64,000 nucleotides of DNA. Source: Octopus sinensis (taxonomy: Eukaryota). Below, in pieces: positions 35,732 to 47,763 of this stretch (positions within the stretch are counted from its first letter, which is position 1; every line of letters begins with the position of its first letter). The stretch is from the NCBI RefSeq assembly GCF_006345805.1, contig NC_042997.1, forward strand, positions 20,274,001 to 20,338,000, written 5' to 3'. Under the pieces are notes generated by a model, which did no database searches, was not told the DNA's origin, and worked only from the letters and a program-made list of their open reading frames with translations. A program made the position numbers and the translations under genes.

Positions 35732-37377
35732 GAGAAAATCACATGGCTAAAAGCATAAAAATTACTAGAAATTTTAATCTTCAGAATCAATGATTTTTTC
35801 ATTGTGGAAACATATTACATCAGCAATCTTGTATTCTAAAGATAATGATTTCTCATGAGGGGCAGAAATTATTCCAGCATTGATTAGTTGCTGACACTAA
35901 ACAAACTAAATTCTCCATTAGAATACCTCTCACATAATTAGGATGCTGCCACTGGTGCTACATATACATTCTCGACTGCGTCCAAAACAGAGTTATTCTG
36001 CTAATTAGTAAATACCATCATACAACAATCATTACTTTATAGAGATTATGTTTCCGCTTTCTGCCTCTTCTAACACTGCTGTAACAGCCTCTGTGCAGCT
36101 TTTTGTTTACCCAAGTCATTATTCCTTCCACCCTTTGTATCTTGCCTGCTAGGCCTCACATGAAATACAAATCATTTCTTCCAAAGTTATTGCCCTTTGG
36201 ACTCATGCTTTTTCTACAATTGTCAACCTATAAAACTTCTAAGTGAACATCATTTTTATCAATATTACTCTCTTGTAGAGCTTACAAAATGCATCTTTCT
36301 AATTAATTAAAAAAAAACATTATCTTAACCCTGAGTATGTCTAATATATTCAATTTGCTGAAAATTGCAATTCTCAGTTTTTATTTTCCAAATTTATATT
36401 TAGGTTTGCAATCAAAGTAATCAATTCAAACTCCCAGTTTTATTAATACATACTTAAGATTGTATTGAAAATAAATTGTGCTTTAAATTGACTTCTAGTT
36501 AATGCTAATTGTTTAGTAATTATAACATTTAATGCATGTCAGGTCCCAAAATAATACAAATACCTTTCAGCAGAAAGAAAAAAAATTCAACAGAATTGAA
36601 TCACCATATTCATGGACCTATGTATTTTCTGCTCAAAAAAGAATAATCATTTAGCTGCAGTAATATTGATTAAACATTAATACAACCTCGTTAATATACA
36701 AAAAAAGCAGTCATTCCAAATTTCAACCTGCAGGTATAGAAATTAAAATAACACTTTCCGTTTATTTGAATTTGATCTTATTTATATTTTATGCTTCAAA
36801 AGAGAGGAAGTTGTGCATATGAATGATTTGAGTTTCTATGCTATTCTTGATTTGAAATTAATTAACTATGTTGTTATTATATAAGTACAGCTTTCAAGAA
36901 GTAACATTAATTAATACTGTCAATAAATATAAATTTACAAAATATAAGTCATTGGTAATTAGAAGGCTAATAAATGAAGTAAGGCTCGAGGTAATATGGA
37001 AACAGAGTAGAGATAAAATTCAAATCAAAGAGTCTGAAGACATAAGTTAGTGGCTTAATAGAATACTAACAATGTTTACCATGTAAAAAGTTGAGTATAT
37101 ATATATATATATATATTTTTAGGAAGGATATGCAACTTTAAAAATATTTATTCTAGTTCAACTCTTTCATTCTGATATGTAAATCGTAAACCGAAATAGC
37201 TCTAGTAACAGAACATAACCAAAAGATTAAATGTATAAATATTTGTGATGGGTTCTTATTTCCAATTATTATTTAAACTAACCTGGCACCATTTATGTAT
37301 GCAGGAAAACAACACCTGGTGGTTATTTAAGATTGAATATATTGAAACAGTGTGCACATGAATATTGTAAATATGCA

Positions 37378-37560
37378 TATAGGTGCAGACATGGTTGTGT
37401 GGTTCAGAAGCTTGCCAACCAAACATGTCGTCTTCAGTTCAGTCCCACCACACAGCACCTACTATAGTCTTAGGCTGACCAAAGCTTTGCAAGTGCATTT
37501 GGAAGATGAAATCTGAAAGATGCCCATAATGTGTGTATGTGTGTGTGTGTGGTATGTATG
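37378..37560 (+). mobile_element. SINE family B, decayed 5' part
   Basis: AGGTGCAGACATGGTTGTGTGG..TTCAGTCCCAC..CTACTATAG..GACCAAAGC. Confidence 0.65.
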
Positions 37561-37569
37561 CATGTATGA

Positions 37570-37990
37570 CATGCCTATTATTTTCAAGTGAAATATGGGT
37601 AGTGTACCGACATCACCTAAAAATACTTGAGGACTTTCACGAACAGTGTTTGAGAAACATTCTGGCCATCCATTGGACAATTCATACCCCTGACACAAAG
37701 GTTTTAGATAGAGCCAGTGTAGTGAGTGCTGAAACCCACATTCATCCTGTATGTGCTCAGTTTGTCATGTTGTATGTCTTGATGACAGCAAAATTCCTAG
37801 GCAAATGTTGTATGGCGAATTGTCACTGGGCACTCAACCACAACGTAAGCCAAGAAAGCAATTCAACAACAACCTAAAATAATCATTTGGCATCAGTGAG
37901 ATTTCAAAACTGGAGTGGGAAGACATATCACATGATAGGAAAACCTGGAAGCAAAGAGTCTATGACAGAGTGAACACATTCCAACAAAAT
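37570..37990 (+). pseudogene. BovB-type RTE C-terminal fragment
   Basis: LLFSSEIWVVYRHHLKILEDFHEQCLRNILAIHW..., then DDSKIPRQMLYGELSLG..RKPRKQF. Confidence 0.85.
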
Positions 37991-38054
37991 ACAAATGAGT
38001 GATCACACATAAGGAGATCAGTGTGCAAAGACAATTCTGTTAATACTACAGTTG

Positions 38055-38349
38055 TTTTGTTGTTTGTTCCTACTCGTGCCATGCCTGGCTCATAGGGCCA
38101 GTTTCCCGGTTTCTTGGCATATAGGTTCTCCACCTGGATGGGATGCCGGTCCATCGCAGGTGAGCTGCAAGATGCAGGAGGAAAGAATGTGAGAAAGTTA
38201 TGGCGAAAGAGTCAGCAGAAGTTCGCCATTACCTTCTGCTGGAGCCGCATGGAGCTTAGGTGTTTTGCACATCACTTGGTCTGAGATTCGAACTCACGAT
38301 CCCTCGACTGCGAGTCCACTGCTCTAACCACTAAGCTATATGCCTCCAC
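38055..38349 (-). mobile_element. tRNA-derived SINE with a V-domain-like block
   Basis: Head GGAGGCATATAGCTTAGTGGTTAGAGC..GAGTTCGAATC (A and B boxes); CCTGCGATGGACCGGCATCCCATCCAGG at 38131-38160 resembles the V-SINE domain; ACAA-type tail. Confidence 0.7.
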
Positions 38350-39706
38350 TGATACTATAGTGCCTTACCTGGACTCTGAAGTTTGTGGTCACATAGGCAT
38401 GTCTTGTACAGAATTGGTGAGCCACTAGGGAAGCCACAGAAAACCTGTTATAAAATATGACCCTCTTGCTGAGGTGAAGCTCACATAAGCTGTCTGCCAG
38501 AAAGCAAATATAAATCACCCAGGCTTATCAAGATACATGAGGGTGCCCAGAGAAAATCATCAGAATATTACATAACAACCAAAATGCTAGAAGTTTTGTA
38601 ACTCATTGTAGTAGTAGCAGTGGTGGTGGTGGTGTGGTGGTGGTGGTGGTGACCTTGTTAATATACTTGCCTCTGTTTTTTTTTTAAATTGAAGAAGTTC
38701 ATTTTTGATATTTAGTTAGCTTTATGCCAAACGAATTACAGAATTTTAAATATTTTTCATTTTATATTGTGAAAGGTTGCATCAAAACATAATATTTCTC
38801 TGCTGAACATGAGTTACATTTTTCAACACACTAATATTTAAAGCTGTGGTTTTAATGATGGACCATTCACTGTGTCTGGTTGAGAAATATATTTTAATGC
38901 AATAACTGCTCACCTATAACTCTGTCAACAGCTAATCTGTCACTATTCCATAGCATTAATTTCTATTTGTATAGCTACCACCACCAAGACTACAACTATC
39001 ACCATCACCACCACCACCACCACCACCATCACCATCACCACCACTGCCACTGCTGCTGTCACCACTCCCACCACCACCATGTCTGCTGCTGTGCTTGAGC
39101 ATCCTTAACTACAGCTATCCATTTCTTACTGCAGTTTTGATGAATGTGGTTTTAATTACTGTGATTAAATATATTGCAACCATTCTTTAATTTGCCCCTA
39201 TAAAGTTTGATTATTGTACTTTGCAAATGGCTTGCATACAACTGGAAGTGATCAAATGAGCTGACAATCTCTCTTTGTGTGTGTCTGTCTTTGTCTATCT
39301 GTCTGTCTGTCTGTCTCTCATCCCCACACACTCTCCCCTTCTCTCCTTCTCTCTCACTTTGTTAATGCACTTCAGTTTCTCACCAGTCACCAGTGCAAAT
39401 GGGCATGTTACAAATTACATTTATTTACAAATTTACTATGTACTTTTGAAATTAAAAATATCACCATTCCAATGTAACCACATCTGCATGAAAAAGTGAT
39501 AGCAACCTAGAAAGTAATAAAAAAAGAAAAAAAAATATTATTGTTTAAGTCAAGTCATTACCATTTAAATTATTAAAAGGTATGATTGCAGTGAAAACAC
39601 ATTAAAAATAGGAAGAGAGCTAAACTGCAATAGGTCAAGAATATGATCTATTCTGAATAAAGCAAATGAGAATAAGGATCAAATTAAGTGTGATCATCAT
39701 CATTAA

Positions 39707-39927
39707 CCCTTTCGTTACTAACCCGGCCAAAACTGGCTCTGGCTCTGTAGTACAATTGTCTTGTTTTCATAAGTTTTGCATCAAAATATACCACCAAACA
39801 TTAGTTGCAATTTATATTCCTAACACTAGCTTAATGATAGCTAAGTTATTTTACTAAATTCTTTGTTATATTTAAAATATTTGAAAGAAACACAGAGCAT
39901 CTAAAAATAAATATGGTAACGAAAGGG
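39707..39927. mobile_element. piggyBac-type MITE
   Basis: TTAA|CCCTTTCGTTAC ... GTAACGAAAGGG|TTAA: perfect 12-bp TIRs, TTAA duplication, 221 bp. Confidence 0.85.
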
Positions 39928-39972
39928 TTAATGTATAAGTATCAAAGTCCAATAAGTTTATATGGAGGAAAT

Positions 39973-40377
39973 CTCTTTTACTCTTTTACTTGTTTCAGTC
40001 ATTTGACTGTGGCCATGCTGGAGCACTGCATTTAGTCAACCAAATCGACCCCAGGACTTATTCTTTGTAAGCCTAGTACTTATTCTATCGTTCGCTTCTG
40101 CCGAACCGCTAAGTTACGGGGACGTAAACATACCAGCATCGGTTGTCAAGCGATGTCAGGGGTACAAACACAGATACACAAGCATATACACATACATACA
40201 TATATATACATATACATGACAGGCTTCCTTCAGTTGCTGTCTACCAAATCCACTCACGAGGCTTTGGTCGGCATGGGGCTATAGTAGAAGACACTTGCCC
40301 AAGGTGCCATGCAGTGGGACTGAACCCGGAACCATGTGGTTGGTAAGCAAGCTACTCACCACACAGCCACTCCTGCG
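39973..40377 (-). mobile_element. SINE family B, full length
   Basis: Complete head, CORE-like block, microsatellite and tail. Confidence 0.9.
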
Positions 40378-40499
40378 ACAAAAACCAATTAACAATTTGA
40401 ATGGAAGATTATTGCTTTGCATTTAATAAAAATGATATTATAATCAAAGTTCTTGATCTTTTTTCTTGAGTAAAGGAAAAGAAATATCAATGGCAGACT

Positions 40500-41700
40500 A
40501 TGCCTATAGAAAAACCTGAATAAGCATCAAGAAGATAAAAGTGGCAGGGGATACTCTGGTTGCAGATGGAGATGCTGCTGTTAAAACTCATGCTGAACAA
40601 AATAACTGGAAAATGTAAAGAATTATGAAATTTTCAACAGGGACTAAACTGGCTTTATCTGGAAGTGAATGCTATCAAGTTTTTCTGCAACCTTATTAAA
40701 CATCAAAATATCACTTAAACTTTTTTATTTGGAAGCAGTGCTGAAGGTTACTTCAGATCTTTTTTACATGAAGGATATGACAAGAAATCTCACCCAATCA
40801 TTGGGTGATCATATAAAAGGGCTTGAGTAAATGAAGTCTTGCTTGAAGATTGCTAGTGTCATACTTTTGTCTGGAAATTGAAACTTATTGTAAGAAAAGT
40901 TATTTAATTTTCAAAGTTCTTTTGAGTTTTGATAATGGCCCTGAAAATTCTTAGTCACTAAAAAATTTTGTGCTATTGTGCAGAGTCTATTTTTGCCAAC
41001 AAATTTGATATAGTTCTTAGAGTTATCATTGTTATATGGTTTAGGAAACATTAGCTACATTCAATGCTTATTATATAAGAACTTTGTCACATGTAGTTAA
41101 AGTTACTCCTGAAGAAGATTCTATTATTCTTTAAGAATTTTGAAAGGAATTCAACATTAACAAAACTGAAAATACTCATGAGTCATAGGAAGAAATGACA
41201 TCTTGCAAATTAAAAACAATTTCTGAGAATATTTTGCTTGGATGTGTTAATAACATTAACATGTACAAAAATTCGGTAATCAAAGCAATTGATGAAATTG
41301 TTACCTATGGAAAAGATTGTAAGGATGTTGATTTGAAAAGTGTTGGAGAATTATTGACTTTACTTTCAAAAGATTAACGTGATGAATTGAGCATGAACTG
41401 GCGTCAAAAATAAAAGGAAAGGAATATGAAGAAACAGAAAATACCAGTAAAGAAATAACAGAATAATGGAAAGCACTTGAATTTTTTTTTTTTTTTTTTG
41501 CTAAGATTCAGCCAAACAACGATTAATGGATATGGATCCAAATATTGACAAATGTATGCTCGTTTATTCAGATTTTGGTATTCAAATTGCTTGTTATTGT
41601 AACATGAATGCAGTGGGGGGAAAAACCTGAGACTACCCAGTTAATTGATAATTTTTTTCGTCAAAAAAGAAAAATGATTTATAGTAATTATTAATTATTG
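40500..41700 (+). pseudogene. Degenerate Tigger/pogo transposase
   Basis: Fragments ADGDAA, TGFIWK, LFGSSAEGYF, FDNGPE (LDNAP-like), IKAIDEIVTYGKDCKDVDLKSVGELL and MDPNI in collinear order. Confidence 0.7.
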
Positions 41701-41997
41701 TTTTTATTTTTAAGGATTAATTATAATTATTCCCATTGATAGTTACTTTTGATTAACGATGTTTTGATGCCTGTGGGTACATCAGGGAATTAATTTACCA
41801 ATGTTAAGCAAGGAATAACAGTACAAATTTCTAGATAGCAATAATTTTTCTTACTATGTATGACAAGTAACATGAACTGGTCAATATAGAGCTTGCAAAC
41901 CTATGCTGCTATATGCCTCGATCTCATGTTTTTTACTGCTGATATCATTAAAAATAAAGGGTAATTACTGTGTTCTGAATTTGAATCAGTTCAAACT

Positions 41998-42420
41998 ATA
42001 GGCGTAGGAGTGGCTGTGTGGTAAGTAGCTTGCTTACCAACCACATGGTTCCAGGTTCAGTCCCACTGCGTGGCACCTTGGGCAAGTGTCTTCTACTGTA
42101 GCCTTGGGCCAACCAAAGCCTTGTGAGTGGATTTGGTAGACAGAAACTAAAAGAAACCCGTTGTATATATGTATATATATATGTATGTGTGTGTATATGT
42201 TTGTGTGTCTGTGTTTGTCCCCCCAACATCGCTTGACAACCGATGCTGGTGTGTTTACGTCCCCCGTAACTTAGTGGTTTGGCAAAAGAGACTGATAGAA
42301 TAAGTACTAGGCTTACAAAGAATAAGTCCTGGGGTCGATTTGGTCGACTAAAGGCAGTGCTCCGGCATGGCCACAGTCAAAATGACTGAAACAGGTAAAA
42401 ATGTAAAAGAGTAAAAGAGT
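41998..42420 (+). mobile_element. SINE family B, full length
   Basis: AGGCGTAGGAGTGGCTGTGTGGTAAG..GGTTCAGTCCC..GGCACCTTGGGCAAGTGTC..TAAAAGAGTAAAAGAG. Confidence 0.9.
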
Positions 42421-43419
42421 ATTGTTTTCATGTCTGAATGAACTGCTAATATAAGAAGCTCAGAGTCCCAATAGAGTAAATCATTAGCTTCAATATACAA
42501 TACTTTATATATACTGAGGACTTATTCTTCCATCTGTACACCCAGGCATGTGTATGTGTATATGTGTTTGGGCATACATGTGTATGTATATATGTATGTG
42601 TGTCTGTGTGTGTGTACATGTGTGTGTATGTGTGAGGTCGGTATGTATGTGTTTCTTTTATGAATATTTAGTTAATTATGTAATTTACATACCTGTTAAC
42701 CATATATATTTTAATGGATCCTCGAGTTAATGCAAAAAGAAAGTATATTTATTACCATCATGAGTTGAATATTTGGAAGCAATGAACTGATACAGTAATG
42801 AAAGTCAGTGTGAAAGGGAAATTATTATGTTAGAGCTGTAATTCTTTCTCCACCACCACCACTACCTTCCCAGTGGAATTTTCAGGATTCCAGGTGGAAA
42901 TTTGATGATTTCAGCGGGGAAATTGCTTTTAGGATGAAAAATCCTAACTCATCATTCAGTTTTTTTTTCTTAGATTATATTCCTTAGAGTTAATATTAGC
43001 ATCATAAAATGCTAATGTTAAATTGATGTTAAATTGATATAAGGTTAAGGTTATGCAATGAAATGCTGAATACAAGACTACGAGGTGGGGAGACCAGGAT
43101 GATGAGTATTAAAGAGAGGGAATACAGTTAAAATGTTTGGGAAATACAACAGTAGAACATTAGCTAAAGGTATACCAACATTATGAAAATGAACTTCATT
43201 ATTCTGGTATAAATGTGGTGTCAGTGTTAGGGACATATAGGAATAAGCACTTGCTGCTATGTGCCATTTTATGTATTTTAGTGTGTGTCATGGTTGGAGT
43301 GAGAAGTGTATTGATTGGCTATTGAAGTGTCAGTATTGAATAGGCATTTTGTTTCTTGAGCATATATACCAGTTTCTAAGGAGATTTCTATAAGGTTATT
43401 GACATGTGCATAATGTATA

Positions 43420-46400
43420 TCATCATCGTTTAACATCTGTTCTCCATGCTAGCATGGGTTGGATGGTTCGACCGGGGATCTGGGAAGCCAGAAGGCTGCA
43501 CCAGGCTCCAGTCTGATCTGGCAGTGTTTCTACAGCTGGATGCCCTTCCTAACGCCAACCACTCCGTGAGTGTAGTGGGTGCTTTTTACGTGCCACCTGC
43601 ACAGGTGCCAGGCGAGGCTGGCAACGGCCACGATTAGATTGGTGCATTTTATGTACCACCGGCACGGAAGCCAGTTGAGGCGGCACTGGCATCGGCCACG
43701 ATTTGGGTTGTGCTTTTTACGTGCCACCGGCATGGAAGCCAGTCAAGGCAGCACTGGCATCGGCCACGATTCGGATAGTGCTTTTTATGTGCCACCGGCT
43801 CAGGGATCACAACTGCAGTTTCCATTGATTTTGATGTCGGTGTACTTGACTCAATAGATCTCCTGAAGCACAGAGTCGAAATGGTGTTTCTTCACTTGCC
43901 ACCTGCACAGGAGTCAGTCCAGCGGTCCTGGAAACTGCCGGGTGCCAGTCATAGGATTGGTTTAATTTCGATTCTGATTTCGATTTCACTTGCCACAACA
44001 GGTCTTCGCAAGCAGAGTTTAGTGTCCAATGAAGGGAGGTTGGCATGGGTGCCTGTCGTCGGATGAGGTTCGATTTCGACTTCACTTGCCTCAACAGGTC
44101 TTTGTGTGTCCAAGGGAGGAAAGACATGCATAAGTGGGCTGGACTCACCTGTCCTGCCTGGTCTTCTCATGCACAGCTTATTTCCAAAGGTCTCGGTCGC
44201 TGGTCATTGCCTTGGTGAGGCCTAAAGTTCGAAGGTCGTGCTTCACCACCTCATCCCAGGTTTTCCTGGGTCTACCTCTTTCACAGGTTCCCTCAACTGG
44301 TAGGGTGTGGCACTTTTTCACACACCTACCTTCATCCATTCACGCCACATGACCATACCAGCGCAATTGTCTCTCTTGCACACCACAGCTGATGCTGCTT
44401 AGGTCCAACATTTCTCTCAAGGTACTAACACTCTGTCAAGTATGCACACTGACATTACACATCCATCGGAGCATACTGGCTTCATTCCTCGCGAGCTTAC
44501 GCATGTCCTCAGCAGTCATGGCCCATGTTTCACTGCCATGTAGCATGGCTGTTCGTACACATGCATCATACAGTCTGCCTTTTACTCTGAGCGAGAGGCC
44601 TTTAGTCACCAGCAGAGGTAAGAGCTCCTTGAACTTTGCCCAGGCTATTCTTACTCTAGCAGTTACACTTTCAGCACACCCACCCCCACTACTGACTTGG
44701 TCACCTAGATAATGGAAACTATCAACTACTTCTAGACTTTTCCCCTGGAAAGTGACGGAAGTTGTTTTCTGCAGATTTTCAGTGTTTATTGCTCCTGAGC
44801 ATCTGCCACATACAAAAACTATCTTCCCAGTTAGCCTTCCTTTGACATTGCTGCACCTCTTATGTGTCCATAGCTTACACTGGGTACATCTTATAGAGTT
44901 TCTACCTACGCCTTTTCTACAGATCGAGCAGAGCCATCTACCTGAAGGCGTTTGTGGTTTGTCTACCTTCCTACTTATTAGGACTTTGGTTTTAGCTAGG
45001 TTGACTCTAAGGCCCCTCGATTCTAATCCCTCCTTCCACACCTGGAACTTCTCCTCCAGTTCTGATAGTGACTCAGCAATTAGAGCAAGGTCGTCAGCAT
45101 AGAGGAGCTCCCAGGGACATCCTGTCTTGAATTCCTCCGTAATTGCCTGGAGGACTATGATAAATAGGAGGGATCTGAGGACTGAACCCTGGTGGACCCC
45201 AACCTCTACCTTGAATTCTTCAGTGTACACGTTGCCAACCCTCACCTTACTAGCAGCATCCCTGTACATGGCTCGCACAGCTCTCACTAACCATTCATCT
45301 ATCCCTAGTTTCCTCATTGACCACCTGATAAGGGATCGGGGGACCCTGTCGAAGGCTTTCTCCATGTCAACAAAAGCCAGGTACAGGGTCTTATCTTTGG
45401 CTAGGTATTTCTCCTGCAGCTGTCTTACCAGGAATATAGCATCAGTAGTACTTTTCCCTGGCACGAACCCAAACTACATCTCATCTAAGCTAACTCTCTC
45501 TCTAATTAGTTGGGCTATAACCCTTTCCGTAACCTTCATTACCTGATCCAGCAGCTTGATACCCCTGTAGTTATTTGTATCTAGGGCGTCACCTTTACCT
45601 TTGTAGCAGTTGACTATTATGCTGCTACACCAGTCATTGGGTATGACTCCTTCATGTATCACCAGGTTAACTATACGGGTGACTAGGCTATAGCCGACAC
45701 TACCAGATATTTTGAGCATCTCTGCAGTAATTCCTGATGGGCCTGGCACTTACCCTGTTTTCATGCTTGTAATTGCCTTAACTACTAAGGAACTGTCAAC
45801 TCGGATTGCTGGTCCCTCTGTTGGGTCGACATTCGGCAGACTCTCTTTATCCCATTCATTTTCCTCATTCAGAAACCTTTCATAGTGGCGTCTCCAAACC
45901 TCTCTCTTCGCATCCTCATTTAGCGCAAATGAACCGTCATCCTTGCGAACACATTTCTTTCCTACCACGTCACGATTCTCTTACACACTGTCTTGCAACA
46001 TGAAATACCTCAAGTCTTTCATCCTCACGGCGCAGAACATTGGCAAATTTTTTCTTATCTGCTTCCCTTCTGGCTAAATACACCTGCCTCCTAGCTTCCC
46101 TTCTGGCAGTCTGATACACTTCCCTGCTACCACCGTTCTTCCAGTCCTTCCAAGCCTGTTTCTTTTGTCTAATAGCCCTGTCAACAATATTGTTTCACCA
46201 CCACGTTATTTTGGGTCTTGAGGGGACTTTGCACCAGCCACAGATCTGGTCAGTGGCTTTCAGCAGGTTGTCCCTTAGAAGCGTCCAGTTGTCTTCTACC
46301 CCATATGTAGCTATACCCCCTTCTATTTCGTCAAATGCTTCAAGTAACATGTCTCTAAATCTCTGTCCATTCACAGGGTCTTTAGGCTTCCAGACCCTTC

Positions 46401-46890
46401 TTCTCCATGCTGGTCGTCCTCTTAGTCATCCTCTTAGTCCTGATCCTAAAGTCACTAGCTACCAGTCTATGTTGTGGGGTACATTCTTCGCCTGGGAAGG
46501 TTTTGGCATTTATAAGCAGCCATCTTTCCCTTTTTCTGGCAAGGATGTAGTTGATTTGGCTAGTATGCCGGCCCGATCGGTAGGTGACCAAGTGGCTTGT
46601 CGGTTTCCTGAAGTTAGACCATAAGACTATTCGCATCACAGAACTCCAGCAGCCTGGTTCCCTCCTCGTTGCGGGAACCATAATCGTAGCCTCTATGTAT
46701 GCCATGGAAGCCCCCAGCATATCGTCCAACATGCCCATTGAAGTGACCAGCCACAAAGAGAAGGTCCCTATCGTTCGTCAATGAGGTGGTCTGCAGTAGG
46801 GTGTCATAGAAACGGTCTTTCTGTCCATCGGGTAGCCCTGGCTGAGGGGCATAGGCTGATATAATAGTTGCTAAACTATACTGGTTTAAA
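43420..46890 (-). mobile_element. RTE-clade LINE, second copy, truncated within the AP endonuclease
   Basis: Collinear with 29064-31868 and extends about 550 bp further 5'; about 720-bp 3'UTR. Confidence 0.95.
44145..46890 (-). pseudogene. Disrupted RTE ORF (partial APE, RT, PHD finger)
   Basis: APE motifs SAYAPQ, AGHFNGHVG, RNEEGTRLLEFC, TSQINYIL, PQHRLV; RT split into ORFs 45750-45968, 45474-45749 and 44436-45464 by stops and frameshifts. Confidence 0.9.
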
Positions 46891-47499
46891 TTAATATTAA
46901 TCAAATTAATATTCAGTTTTTCACCCTTATTATTTTAAATTCAAATTTAAATAACCATGTACATTCATATGTATATATGCATGTATGAATATATAATAGT
47001 ATATACTATAGGCAAACACAATTTTGAAGAAATACACGCACACATACATGCACATATATGTATGACATTTGGTGTGAAGCTAATACAGCCTATAAAAGAC
47101 ATCTGACTACTTTTAATGTCAGCTGTATCTTGAGTTGGCAAATACAGTTAAATTCTAAACAAAGTGATTTGTAATATTGATTCACAGTCCTGTGTTCAAA
47201 TTCACTGCATACCATCATTACTCTGTCCCACCCACTCCTCCCATTTCCGAAAATATGTTTTTCACACTTCTTTCTCCTCGGAGATACAACTCCCTGCAAT
47301 TCTCTCTCCAGCCATATTTCTTCGGCAGCCATTGTTCTACAGATGACTAAACACCAACTCCATCAGTCTCATGAGTCTGAGATATCACGTTAAGGTTATC
47401 TGAGAATCGCTTTTCCCTTGATTAACTCCATCGTCGTCGTCGTCGTCATCAGCAGCAGCAGCAGCAGCATTATCATCCTCATCATCATCATCATCATCG

Positions 47500-47750
47500 T
47501 CATCATCATTCTGACGTCCACTTTTCCATGCCTGCATGGGTCAGACAAAATTTTATTGAGATGAATTTTCTACTGTTGGATGCTCTTCCTGTTTCGAACC
47601 TTTATCTATTGCCAAGTAAGGTAATATTTCTGCATGACCAGACACATTTTCATGTAAGATTGAGAATGAAGGACATCACTTGCATGACAGAGACATTTAT
47701 TTACTGTTATTACATAATGTCAACACAAGGAGACAGTACCATATACACAC
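47500..47750 (-). mobile_element. Family D short retroposon
   Basis: (CAT)n tail, CACTTTTCCATGCCTGCATGGGTCAGAC, AAGTAAGGTAATATTTC. Confidence 0.65.
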
Positions 47751-47763
47751 AGATATATATATA

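Noticed and set aside
38280-38349. tRNA-like sequence with A and B boxes
   Set aside because: No acceptor-stem closure, and it continues directly into a SINE body; a SINE head, not a tRNA gene.
43579-43800. CRISPR-like appearance (palindromic repeat plus spacers)
   Set aside because: The spacers are homologous to each other, there are no cas genes, the context is eukaryotic, and the array lies in a LINE 3'UTR.
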